DNA of 64,000 nucleotides from Octopus sinensis (taxonomy: Eukaryota): assembly GCF_006345805.1 (NCBI RefSeq), contig NC_042998.1, positions 4,774,001-4,838,000 of the forward strand, given 5' to 3'. The notes under the pieces are model-generated. The model saw nothing but the letters and a program-made list of their open reading frames with translations. It had not been told where the DNA came from and did no database searches. Positions 51,150 to 64,000 of the stretch are shown here, piece by piece. The stretch's first letter is position 1. Every line of letters starts with the position of its first letter. Both the position numbers and the translations under genes were made by a program.

Positions 51150-52331
51150 TTTGAAATGGCCTTTCGCAGACCTTTCAAGTCTGCATTGTTTTGAAGTCAC
51201 ATTTTCCTTTGTTCATCCGTTTCTCATGATTTGTGCGCTGCGCTGGTGACTCTGCAGCCCTTGCCGCTGCAGTAGCAATAGCATTACGTCCCCTACGGGC
51301 TGTGCGTTGTTGTGGTGACTGTGAAGCCCTTGCAGCAGCAGTAGTTTCAGAATTAAGCTTTTTTGGGGCTGTGTGTGGTTGTAAATATCATCAGCTGTTG
51401 CATCTGATGCATGTCTGGCAAGACGCACCAACTGGATAGTCCGTTCTTGAGGTGATGCAGTAGCCCTTGATACCTGTTCCAAGACATGCCAACGGAATAG
51501 TCCGTTTTTGAGATGATTCGGTAGCCCGGCAATAGCAATAGTTGCAGGATGACGACTTTGAAACCATAACGGTTGCAGAAGTTGCAGATGCGTTTACTAT
51601 AGGGGCAGCGGCATCGCCCGCAGCCTGCTGGGATAGTCTGTGGGACCTCTGGTCTTGAGTTTTGCTATCCCGATATAATCTTTGAAGGCAGCATGGGACA
51701 GTCTACCAATGCGAGCTCTCTTTCTCCTAGGTCGCATTACAGGGTTATCTGCAAACTGAAGATAAAAAGGAGTCAAGTGGGTGGGTTGAGACGTTTGAGC
51801 TTTATGGCATTCTGGCTAAACATAGTCTTAAGGGATTTAAAAAATAATTAAATGTTGATTAAAATTGCATGGCTACCACAAAGAAGCGCTAACGTGCAAA
51901 TATCGGTAGTTTGCAGTGAATGGGCATTGGAAAAATTGTCACAACTATCACAACTTTATATGAGAAAAAGCAGAGAATATATATAATATAGATTAATTTC
52001 TGAAGGCATTTAAAAATAATTAAAATTTGATTTAAATTGCGTAGCTACCTGAAGGAAGGGATACTGTGCAAATATCGGCGGTTTGCAGTGAATGGGCGTT
52101 CTAAAAACTAGTAGAAGGCGAAGTGAAAGTAACATAACTACGTCATCAAGAATAATGTCCCTCGAAGCAACGATCGTTAATATTTGTTATTTAACTATGA
52201 AAAGTTACATCATACGATGTAAATCCACATAATGAGTAATTATGTTCCCAGCGTGAATGAAATCGGATGAAAAATACTAATTTTAAAGGGGGCAAGTAAA
52301 AGGCCTGTACACACAAACACTTCCGTTTTAT

Positions 52332-52368
<37 letters not shown>
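51150..52368 (-). mobile_element. 5' part of a decayed Helitron including the STPR-repeat N-terminus of Rep/helicase
   Basis: 5' TC-(TA)n-AAAACGGAAG; ATG at 51737 (MRPRRKRARIGR); repeats RATASPQERT, RASQSPQQRTARR, RAAESPAQRT; frameshifted; 3' end unresolved. Confidence 0.65.
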
Positions 52369-52398
<30 letters not shown>

Positions 52399-53993
52399 CA
52401 GAGATTGAAAATTCGAAGCATTGCTTTGGTACTAATATGGAATGCATATCATGTCACCAGGAGATTTGCTTTTGAGTTCCAGGGCAGATTCATTCTATCC
52501 AGATGGGTTTTCGACACAAAAATTTACATCCTTTTATTAATAACATTATATGCAGATATAAACCAGTTCCAAAATAGAATTATAGATAAACAGATATGCC
52601 CACACGCAACCCCCCACAGACACACACACATGTTTGTACATCATAGTTTGGAAATGCCTTTATAAAAGGACCAGCGCTCGTACATATACGTATAATTCTT
52701 AACATCAATCTGAAAGTTTCGAAATTTTATCTATGGCTTTAATCATTCTACACAAGATACGGGTTTTTTTAAAAATTTTTCTCTCATTGTGTTAGACTGA
52801 AATAGATATTAATGTATTAAAGCCAAATATTTCCTGCAATATGATGTAACTTTAAATAATGTTCAATCTTTTAATACACATTGAAAATCTGTTGACTAAT
52901 TTCCCGAATATATCGAATTTTTTCTCCCTTTTATTTCATTTATTTAATCAAGGGAAACTATTTATGTGAGTCAATTGATTCCACTATGCTTTTTCCAAAT
53001 TAAGAATAATTTTTTCTTTTTATGGTGTTTGACTATAACCGATTGCTTCTAATTCATTTTTTTTTTTGCTTTGTTTCCTGTCATTGGTAGAAGTGAAAAC
53101 AGTTCCATGGAATCCATATGAGTTGTTGCAGACTTTTTATATTTCATACGATGTAAATCTTATTATTTTCGCAAAACATGAACTTGTGCTAAACCGTTAA
53201 TAATTACATAATATTATGGTAGAGATTACATAGACTTAATATTTACAAAATATTATATTACATAATATACTTCATTTTATATTACATATGTATATATTTT
53301 TTACACATATTTCATTACATTACATTGCATATTATATTTCATATATTACACAGTGTTAATAATTACAGAGTATAATGACAGATCTTGTATAGAATTAATA
53401 TTTACAGAATATTATAAAAGAGCTTACATGGTGTTCATAATTATAAAAAAGATTATTTTAATGATTTAATCTAAAGTCGGGTAAATTATTTTTGAAAATG
53501 GCTTCTTTGATATTTGTCATAAATTTTGCATTATCGACAACGAAGTTGCATTGGGCATTCATGCTTCGAAAAAATGCCAAAAACGCTTAAGTGTAAGTCT
53601 ATTTACTGATTAGTATTTTCTTGGAGAGCAGGATATATAAAACAATTGAATTAAGAATGAGATAAACAACTTAATGAATTTCAGTTTCAACACTGACGCA
53701 ACATGTGCTTCACTATATTTTTTATTATTGATTTTGTGTTGTATTCATACAAAAGTGAATTAAATAATTAATCTTACGAGTAGATGTGGACTATTGGTTA
53801 AGAAATTCGCCTACCGAACAAGTAGTTCCAGGTTCAATCAAACAGAGCGAAATCTAAAGTGCCTATCAAGTAGAACCTCATCCGTTGACACCAAATGAGA
53901 GGCTGTGAAGGAACCCGGGCATTCCTATCTACACACATCCACGCATACACACACACACACATACATACATACATACATACATACATACATACA

Positions 53994-54029
<36 letters not shown>

Positions 54030-54057
54030 TATACATATATATGTATGTATACATACA

Positions 54058-54219
54058 TACGACGGGCTACTTTTAGTTTCCGCCTAGCAAATCCACTTAC
54101 AAAGCTTTGGTCGACCGGAGGCCATAGCAGAAGACAATTGCTCAAGGTACCACGCAGTGGAACTGAACCCGGAATCATGTAGTTGGTAAGCAAGCTACTT
54201 ACCACACAGCCACTCCTGT
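54058..54219 (-). mobile_element. SINE family 1, 5' half
   Basis: Reverse complement ggagtggctgtgtggtaagtagcttgcttaccaac... Confidence 0.8.
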
Positions 54220-54259
54220 GTGTGGATTTATGTGTGTGAGTGTGAGTATGTGTGTGAGA

Positions 54260-54327
<68 letters not shown>

Positions 54328-55569
54328 ATATATATATGCATATGTATAGTTGTCTGTATGAATGTCATTGAGGCTTTTTATGCATACACCGGTCTAAAAT
54401 CTGAGATTTTTTCGCTGGGAAGCTGTGACGGATAACTTTTCGCTTCGAGCTCTACATATTATATATATGACTATCACCGAAATAGTTACAAGTGTATACA
54501 ATTGACCACTCAAGTGAATGTCTTGCCTGTGCAGCACCGTAATTCAATGCCCATTCATTCTTAAGAAATCCACAGAATGGTAGTGAAAATAACTGTTTGC
54601 AGCTTTGCTAAAATTAGGAGATGGCATGACAATAATATAATATTCCATGTACCATTTGTATTGTTTCATTGTTTTTACTGTACTGCACGTAATATGTTTT
54701 TGCTAATTCTAGTAATGTCATTTTCCCTGAATTCTTCATACTTGTCTGTTCTGGGATTTGAACATTTTTTTTTTTCAGTATATTTTATTTGTTATTCCCT
54801 GTGCAGATATTACCATGCAGCCTATTTCTTTCTTTATTTCTTTATTTTTTTTAGCCTACAATGGATAATTTCTTGATTTCTTTTGTAGATACAAACTCGG
54901 ATTTTGATACGACGAGTATTTTTTCTCATTCCTTGGTCGTCTTAGGCAACAAAATCTGATCGATTAGCTTTCATCTCCCTATTTGTATGTATTGGCACAT
55001 CCCAAAGTACGATCAGTTTTGTCACTATTATAATAAATTAAAATCTTTCTCCTTCACCTCCTCCCCCTCCTCATCACCATTTGCTTCGCGTTACGTTTTA
55101 GATTTTACAGCTAGATATATATTAAGTACATGTAATATTATATGTATGATCGACTATACGGTCCCTAAATAGTTTTACTATTGTGCTTTTATTAGTATTT
55201 ATTATTTCTTTTCCTAGGAGAAACTCATCAGACGGTTTTCTTATAGTTTTTATGATTGATAAGTTATTTTCTCTGTTCTCTATATGTCCATGTGCCCTAT
55301 GCTTCCTTTCCTTATTCAAACACTAGGGTGTCTCTGGAGCATAATTTAACGGTTATTGCTAAGCAGATACAATTTCCGCACAGAAGCTTCCCCTCATTGG
55401 CTCCAAATATGTCTGGTTGCTGCTTAAGTATACACCAACACTGATCAAAGTTATTACGATAGGTGTTCTAGTTCTGACTATCCCATCCTTTGTGCATCAG
55501 GAATTATATTGGACAATATATTCTTTTCCAAATAGGGTGACGTTTCATTAGATCGCGATGCGGTTGCTA

Positions 55570-55800
55570 TTTGCAAATCTGAGAGAGAATGAATGTATTG
55601 TAGAATAACAGACCCAGCTGGTATATATTGGTTACAAAGTGTTGGCATAAGGCCTACAAATATAGGGGAAGGATAGTTATTTTATCGAACTCGAAAGGAT
55701 AAAAGGCAAACTTGGGCTCGTCTGAATTCAGAACGTAAAGACAGACGAAATGCTGTTAAGTATTTTGTTCGGTGTGCTAACGATTATGCTAGCTTACCTC
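55570..55800 (-). mobile_element. Diverged SINE family 2 relic (further relics at ~60830-61030 + and ~62290-62460 -)
   Basis: cgaaaggataaaaggcaaa...gaattcagaacgtaaagacagacgaaat. Confidence 0.55.
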
Positions 55801-56011
55801 TTTCTCAGTCGGCATATGTTGACATCATATTACATACGGTAAACGACTGTTAGAAAGCAACGATGAGATTAGCAATGAGAATGTTTGTATAAAAGGTAGA
55901 ATGAGTTATGAATGATTTCCCTTGCATTATTTGAGAGTGAGTGAATTGCCAAGGTAGTTCAAATAGTGGAGAAAATGCCCTGTGGGATTTCTTCTTAGTT
56001 CTCACATTCTA

Positions 56012-56138
56012 CAGGGTGTCTACAAAGTCTGGGTACATGGGGATTAACACATACTTTAAGAAATTATTATTTCTTATATTTGATTGTTTATGTTATGATT
56101 TTATTTACTCCATGTACCCAGACTTTGTGGACACCCTG
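56012..56138. mobile_element. Tc1/mariner-type MITE (127 bp)
   Basis: 29-bp TIRs CAGGGTGTCTACAAAGTCTGGGTACATGG (one mismatch); TA TSD at 56010-56011 and 56139-56140. Confidence 0.9.
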
Positions 56139-56929
56139 TAGATTCACATACTACTACGCTCATATTTGTCGTTCACCTTTTTGGTGTCGATAAAGTAATG
56201 AACAAGTCAAGTACTGAGATCGATGATACCTACCAGCTCCCACCGTGCGTAACATGTGTACTTTCATAAGAGGTTATTCATGTAAACCCTTACGCACTAG
56301 TTGCCTGCGATAACTTGTCTAATCCTTATCACCGACATTACCAAAAAATCTGGAATTTCCCCTTCATATATTTCTTCAATTTACAAATACTGAAGCCGGG
56401 TATAAATGAAAAAGATTCCGTAAGTTTTCGAGTTAGTTCGAAAGATGTGGTCATTGTTACAACTCAGAGTTTAATCCTAAATACATACTCGTGTCTGTCA
56501 AATTTGTGTATAGTTTTGTTTCAGGTGAGGGAAAGCTAGTTTGATGAAATCTAATTTGAAGTGCTCTTCTTGTTTTTCCTGTTACTCATTATTTGTTACT
56601 TTTTTGCCATTTCTCACACTGCGATACATACATTAATATTTTGTTCAAGTTTTAATTTTTATCCTATCTAATGCACCATTTATGATTGGTAATCTTTATA
56701 CTCTAATTTCTTACTTGTAGTAGTTTATTGTATACTTAAATGTTTTATCTGATGCAATTGAAATTCTCATAGATTAGATATTTTTATTGAAAATAATAGA
56801 GATATTTACTAGAGAACAATTCGATTTTAAAATGGCTAATGTTGATCCCCTTCGATACGTAATTAGTGCTTACTGAAGCAAAATATTTTCTCTTCTGAAA
56901 TGAAAATATCAGCATTTGTCCAGTTTGTT

Positions 56930-58380
56930 GATACTACACATAAAGTGTTTTTCTATCTTTATTTATTGTGCGTGAGGTCTTAGTTTCTAATTTGACATAG
57001 ACTGATCTTTTTAAATCATATTTTATGTACATTCTACTATTGTTTTCCATTATAATTAGTTTGTTTCTTCCGTGCGGTTTTGACAGTCGAAAAGTAGTAG
57101 CCTCGTATACACGTCTTAAAAATATAGGAAACATTGGACAATGTATTTCTAATATTAAAAATTAGGATGGTCAAAGATGAAAGGTTTCCTCAATCAAATC
57201 TGATATGAAGGTAAACCTTGTCAGTAACTGGAACTTGACTATTTTTGATTTTCTACATGCCTCTAACATACTTAAGATTTCAGATAGATTTTAATTCAGT
57301 CCAAATTATATTTTGTTCACACTTGCATGGGAAAGACGTTTCGCATATATCAGTGAACTATGAAAATAATGCCTCCTTGACTGCGATTCTTACACCTGCT
57401 GCTTTCTGACATTGTGTTTTATACTAAATATTTGTATTTATACCTGCATCTTCTTTCGACAACTTGCTGCAGCATTTACCTTATCATTTTAGATTGAGAA
57501 GTCATTTGATCAAAAAGTAAACTGAACAGTTCCTCAACCAAGATTTTTCTACTCACACTATGCATCCAGTTCCACATTATCTCGTGTATTCTCTGTTTCT
57601 AAGACAGTAGATTATGCAACCAGCAGCTACTTCGCTGGTTCTTTGTGCTTACAGATTGATTTGTACATTTTGTAAAGGGTGCAATAATTTATTCTTCCAA
57701 AGATTTTCTGTTCTCAGAAGTAAAAGTTACGTTCTTACTTAATCAATGGAATATTTAAGATGAGTCGATAGCAATTTTGTTAAAGCCTTGAGCTATGTAG
57801 GTGAGAAGGTTACCTTTATTTCGGAAAGTTTTTAATGTCTTCGAGTCCATGTTAGTGTCACTGCCTTTTACATTTATAACAAGCGGCGGCTCTTCATCTA
57901 CTATATATTTGTGAATGTTTCCTGTATTATATAGCACATTTTGTGTTCTGTTTCAGTAATTAGGTTATTCGTCTTATTGATTTTTCCATCTCTAAGATCA
58001 TTCTGTAAAATTCTTACAATTCTTTTTCTATTATGAGAATCTTGCATTTATATCTTTGTTGTTTAACACCCCATAAAGACTTTCCCCTCTTTCAATATAT
58101 TGTTTCGTTTGAAATATTTTATCTTTTTCGCGAATCTCTTTAGCCTTTGGATTTTCACTTTTACTTCTTGACTAAGAATTTCTTTAATGTCATTAAATTT
58201 GTCTACATCTTTAATTTTAAGTTTTGTTTTGCATAGAGTGAGGCTTTCAAAGAGATACGGTTCTGCTTTTATTTTGCATTTTACATATTATAGCTACGAC
58301 TTTACCTCGGTTAGTGTCCTTTTTTATTTTTCCGACGTAGACAATTTGTTTTGGTAGTCATATAGCTTTATTTTTCTTAT
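56930..58380 (-). pseudogene. Very degraded R4/Dong-like LINE RT region
   Basis: EILSQEVKVKIQRLKRFAKKIKYFKRNNIL resembles the EELKQKI.AK.QRL.RY...Q.RQN segment preceding R4-type RT; weak downstream RT remnants. Confidence 0.45.
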
Positions 58381-58415
58381 ATCGATTTTAACGACTATTA
58401 TAACATAGGTTGTTG

Positions 58416-58448
<33 letters not shown>

Positions 58449-59904
58449 AGTATACATATATATATACATATATATATATATGTTGGTTTACATGCGATAT
58501 ATTTATGTTATGTTCCATGTTCTTGTCTAAAGCAGAACTGGATTGTTCTCTTTTTGATATTACATGTTACTTTAACTGATTAGCATCTACCTTGATTTTG
58601 TATGAATTGTATTTCCTCTATTTTCAGTTATTTCTGTATTTCATACTTTGAAGATTGTCAAATAAATTGCTTCTATCATTAAGGAATTATTAACTAGAGT
58701 GGTTCGAAAGACATTATAAATTAGCGTAAATTCAATTTCTGCATAAGTTTCATGCATAATCTTTTACTTTTACTCGTTTCTTTTTCCTGTATTACTTTCT
58801 GTATAACCCTGTCTCTTATTCATCTATTGTTCTCACATAACCATAACCAAATGGATAGAGCAATAAAAGAATAAGTTTACTTGTTATTCTTCATAAATGC
58901 AATCTTACATCTGATAGATTTATACTCCCATTATAAAATGTGATGTGAAATGTTCGTAAAAACATTTTTTATAACATTTATATATAAGGATTTTCATATC
59001 TGCTTTTCATGATACTACCAGAGTAATCATATTAAGTTCTATTTTAAAATATCTTAAAAGTAATATTTATTTAAAAATTAAGTCAGTTTATATATCAAAT
59101 TCTAGATAACTTTACTAGAAATATAGGAATTATCTTGATATTGAGAGCTAGAATAACAATTAACCGAAATTAAAACAGAAATAATTCCTATAATGACAGA
59201 TGCCATTTATTTTTCTCTTTGGGCAAGTTACCGAACTCCCTGGGGTATGAATGACCAACCCACACCGTTTTCCCTAATAGGGATACCGGTCCGTTGAGGG
59301 CTTCAAGGTCAGTAATTCTGAGATAAATGGGTGAGCCAATGAAATCAACACTAGTACTTGACTGATATTTCTTTTATCAACTCCGAAGAGATGGAAGGTA
59401 TCGGTGGTACTAATAGATATTGTACAAATGAGCAAAGCCTGCAAACAGACAGCTGTCGATAGTGATAAATATAAACATACGCATATGTACTAGACAGAAA
59501 CACTAATACGAGGAACGTATACATACGACATGAAATAAGTTGAAATGTTCAACGAGAAATACTAGCAACGCGTAGCGGCATAACATATAAAGCATTCACA
59601 TACACAACAAGCATAACATGATCAACAATATTTTACAATGAAATTCACATCATTTGAAGCAGGGGAAAACAACAGTTTGACTACAATCAAAACAAAACCC
59701 ATACACATCCGTGTACACAGTCACACAAACACAGGTTTACACATTCTTACACAAAAAGACGCATAGAAGTGCTCTTGCACCGACATATAGACATATGAGC
59801 GTACACTTACAGTCATACACGCGCGTGCACAAGACTTGTGTAGCAAAAAGTAGTTCAAAATCGAAATGAAGAAACGGTTTTGTTTTTTGCACACATCATT
59901 GCAG

Positions 59905-60421
59905 CGAATGGATGAACGGTAAAGTCGATCTCGGCGGAATTTGAACTCAGAACGTAAAGACAGGCGAAATACAGCTAAGCATTTCGCCCAGCGTGCTAAC
60001 GTTTCTTATTTCTTTATTGCCCACAAGGGGCTAAACATAGAGGGGACAAACAAGGACAGGCAAAGGGATTAAGTCGATTACATCGACCCCAGTGCGTAAA
60101 TGGTACTTAATTTATAGACCCCGAAAGGATGAAAGGCAAAGTCGACCTCGACGGAATTTGAACTCAGAAAGTTGAGGCAGACGAAATACCTATTTCTTTA
60201 CTACCCACAAGGGGCTAAACACAGAGAGGGCAAACAAGGACAGACAAACGCATTAAGTCGATTAGATCGGCCCCAGTGTGTAACTGGTACTTATTTAATC
60301 GACCCCGAAAGGATGAAAGGCAAAGTCGACCTCGGAAGAATTTGAACTCAGAACGTAACGGCAGACGAAATACCACTGAGCATTTCGCCCGGCATGCTAG
60401 CATTTCTGCCAGCTCGCCGCC
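59905..60421 (-). mobile_element. Triple nested/tandem SINE family 2 array with two Tx1-like tails
   Basis: Tail junctions at 60006/60007 (aaata|AGAAAC) and 60190/60191 (aaata|GGTATT). Confidence 0.85.
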
Positions 60422-63400
60422 TAAAATGCTGGTATAATTACGAATATTAGAAAACTCTAATACTGTCTTGCCAATAAATGTCAACCCCAAAACCAGAAAC
60501 AATATTATTTACTTTAATCCTTCAACATCCGCTTGATTGATTTTATTCTTCATTACACAAGTTTGAACTTTCTGAAGAAAAAAAAATTGTTCATTGGTTT
60601 CTCTATCAATAACTGATCGATCTCAGAATCAATTCCTAAATCTTCTCAGGTTGTGATCAGATTTAAATTATACTTACACCCCCTCTAATCAATCTTAAGT
60701 ATAAGTGATATATAGGAAGATTTATCTTCATTGGCACTGAATATGCCATCTTTTGCTTTTGTTAATTTCTTTTGACGCAACCATTGTATACCATTTCTAT
60801 TGTGCCCGTTGCAATAAAGTCGCGTGTGTAAAAGACTGAAATGTCCGACAAAATTCCTTGTGGTGTTTGTACCGTCTCTTTACATTCCGAATTCAAATTC
60901 TGCTGAGGTCACCTTTGCTTTTTTATTCCTTTGATATCTTCAGTTAAATACTGGGTTGATGGCATCAAGTTACCCATTTCACGTAAAAACTAATTTAGGC
61001 CCTGTGCCTAAATTAGAAGGCATTAGAATTATTATTGCAGTAACTATCATAAAAGGTAGATTGCAAGAAAAAAAATTAGGTATTTAGTAGGTTAGTATGC
61101 GTTTTTTTTCTTTCTTTTTTTAATATCTTCTAAGCTCAGATCACATCATGATCAATTTTACTGTCATACTTTTGGGTCGTTTTCTCGGATTGATATAATA
61201 AACTACAGAAACATTTGTTACCTTGTTCCTGTGGCTATTTTATGAACAGTTATTAAGTAGCATTATTGCCATCATCGTCAGCAATAACAACAAAAGCTGT
61301 AGTAACATCATAACCACCAACATTATCATTACGCTGTGATTTTAAATTATTAGCGGAATGTCATTAATGAATCATGGTAAGATAAAACCACTTCAAATTT
61401 CAAGAACTTTCCTGAGGGTCCTTGCAATATTAATAATGACAGGTTTTTGAAAATTAGCAATCTTGGTTATGACGGCGAATTTTGAAGTTTTTCCATTTTG
61501 TTTTTATATTTATATCTTCTCATTCCTCTTATTATAATAGGTATTATAGACATTTTCTCTATTTAACTAGATCTTTATAACTATCAATATTTTCTCACTC
61601 CTTGAAGGCAGAGTTGTTTTCATAAGGAATGAGGAAATCAATTAGCTAGCATGAATTAATTTCTTCAACAATTAGTGGTATATCCAGTTACTCTACTGTT
61701 ATATGATCCGTTTACATAGAAACGTTCAGCAGGATTTACTTATGGCATTCTTCATTATTATTTCTAGTGAATATTCATAGGATTACATATTCATTTTCTT
61801 TCTTGGTTATGCATGTTAATTTATCTAATTTCGTTCAGTTATCTTTATAGTACGGTATCTTTTATAATTCACTCTCATCATTCGTTTTATTGATTCATCC
61901 GTCTTTCGATGTTACTCGAACTTATACGTTGTTCTTTATACACTATCATTATCTTTTCAATGTTTCCTTTTTTATTTTAGTTTTTACCTATTCAAGTTTT
62001 CTATCTAGTTACTTAGTGAGCAGGGAAATCAATACTCAAATGACCCCCCACCTCAAGGCCGCCTAGATAGGTAGGAGATTGATATCTTCAAGCATGAGGC
62101 CTTCTCCAATGTCTATAACAGAGTAAAGTTTGCAGAAGACACATAAAGAGCCAAGTGGTGATGTTAAATCGGGTAACGGGTTGAGTCTGCATTCCAAGTA
62201 TACAAGAGCTAGTTTTGAATTCAGAAATTAAAAAAGCCGAAACAAATACCAAAAATGCTTCATCAGCAATGTAGTCTTACCATTCCATCAATTCAACAAG
62301 TATTCTTGTTGGATTGCAGAAACTGGTCCCATTTTATCAATACCGAAAGGATGAAAGGCGAATTTGATCTCGAATTTCAACACAGAGTACAGAGGGGAGA
62401 AAAATATCTCGGAAAGTAAAGTATTATGTCCAATGCTGAAGCAACTCAACAAATTCGTCACCTATTGTCATTATGTATTGTGTTTGGGTTAGTTGATTCA
62501 AACCCAGCACAAAAATAACTGGGCTGTGTTAAAGTCCTTGATAGATATCTGCAGAGCATGAAGAAACCCAAGTCTTCAGGGAAGCTGGTTGACATTTGAG
62601 TTAATAGAAGGATGAAACAGGTATGTTTCTGGTATGGTAGTGGCATGAAATTCTGAGATTAAATAACGAGGAAAAGTAATTTACATGTACTGTGCTTGAT
62701 GGGAAATAAAGAGCACATACGTCCCGTGCATATAATGTATCAAGTTGGTTTATTATTTGGAAGCATAACTGTTATAAAATGAAAGTGAACTAAGTGCGTG
62801 CAAAAATTATATTTTAATTTGTAATTTTGAGTTTTTTTCATTCATATAAAAACACACAGAGACGTGGTAACTTTTGTGTGCTTGCGTACGTGCGTGTATG
62901 TGTATTACCATACTTTTAAATTCATCTATTGGATACATTTGCATGTAAGTTATTTTCTAGATAATTATCTTGAGAAAGCGCTCAGGCCTAGAAGAAGCTG
63001 TTTAGATTTGAATTGTTAATTATTGTTGCAAAATGTTTGTATAGAGAAAATAAAAACTGTTTGAGGGTGAGTTAATTTATTTAAGACGGCAAATGAAAGA
63101 TTTGTTTGTTGATACAAAGATAGATGAAATTCAGTGAGAATACTTAGCCACGAGGTACTCGTCAGTTAACGAAATTAGTGTGTCGAGTGAGGGTATGGCA
63201 AAATGTGTGCGATAGTATTTTGATATGATAGCTATAAAGATATTTTACTAAACTGAATTCTTGGTCTTCAATAAATTTACCGCAGATGGTAATTGAAAAA
63301 ATTATGAGAAATTATAAAACCGATACAAACGTTTCTGCAGATGACACAGTCTCTGGGATCAGAGCTGTGTTAAAGACTTTGACAGATATCTGCATAGCAA

Positions 63401-64000
63401 GAAGAAAGCCAAGGCTTCAGGGGAGCCGGTTGACATTTCATTTCATTCTGGTCTCATTTATTGTTGGTTTCAGTTTCATATTCTAATCTTTACTCTCCAA
63501 CATGCATTTATAACACGTTCATGGTGTCCATGCTTCAGTTAATGTCTGCAATTATGCTTAAGTGTATACACCATCTACGCAACTGATTCTGTCTTGCATT
63601 TAGGTACTTGATGTACAAGTATATATTTTTGTTGTAGGAAAAGGATAACTTTCCTACGTGTGTCAAGCACCCTTACTATTTTTATATGAGTTGAAATGCT
63701 TTATTGTTTCATCATGAATTAAACAAAGTTGCAGTGTAATAATTTTGCTTGCTACAAATTTATATTGGTACCATTTCATCTCATTTATCTTGTTACTGAA
63801 TTTATATTGGTAATATTACATTTTCTCTGCTCTCCTAAATGCTATTTATTTTCTATGCATTTCATTTAGTTTTAATTCGGAAATACTACGTCTTGGTGTG
63901 AGGTATTATCCAACCCTTTAATAAGTTAATCAAATATAGACTGTTTTTTGTTGTTATAGAGATGTATATTAATATCGCAGACCACCCACTAATATCTCTC

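Noticed and set aside
57755-57937. ORF with IVDEEPPLV...LLTYIAQGFN resembling an iGluR S1 lobe
   Set aside because: Neighbouring frames fit a decayed R4/Dong LINE; no splice sites or other receptor exons were found.

Overview
AT-rich (eukaryotic) repeat-dense DNA. The tRNA-derived SINE families and (TA)n/(CA)n/(TACA)n/(AAT)n microsatellites look like octopus (coleoid cephalopod) DNA; this is inferred from recalled repeat families, not from a search. No complete host gene is visible; there is one candidate signal-peptide exon at 40893-40996 (-). The window contains: a near-intact 5.4-kb Tx1/L1-clade LINE (13373-18814) inserted with a 16-bp target-site duplication (TSD) into the tRNA-like head of a SINE; three SINE families; Penelope-like (PLE) remnants carrying minimal type I hammerhead ribozymes next to microsatellites; mariner, hAT, Helitron, RTE and R4/Dong relics; a MITE; and a 1.37-kb tandem duplication. 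Two candidate systems stand out. (1) A Tx1-SINE network: the LINE sits in a SINE head, a second SINE family carries a 3' tail matching the Tx1 3' UTR (26-nt identity plus a terminal hairpin), and these tailed SINEs repeatedly nest inside their own family. (2) A ~490-nt non-coding hammerhead-bearing unit whose two inverted copies are circular permutations of each other (retrozyme-like). All alignments and folds were done by eye and coordinates may be off by a few bases.
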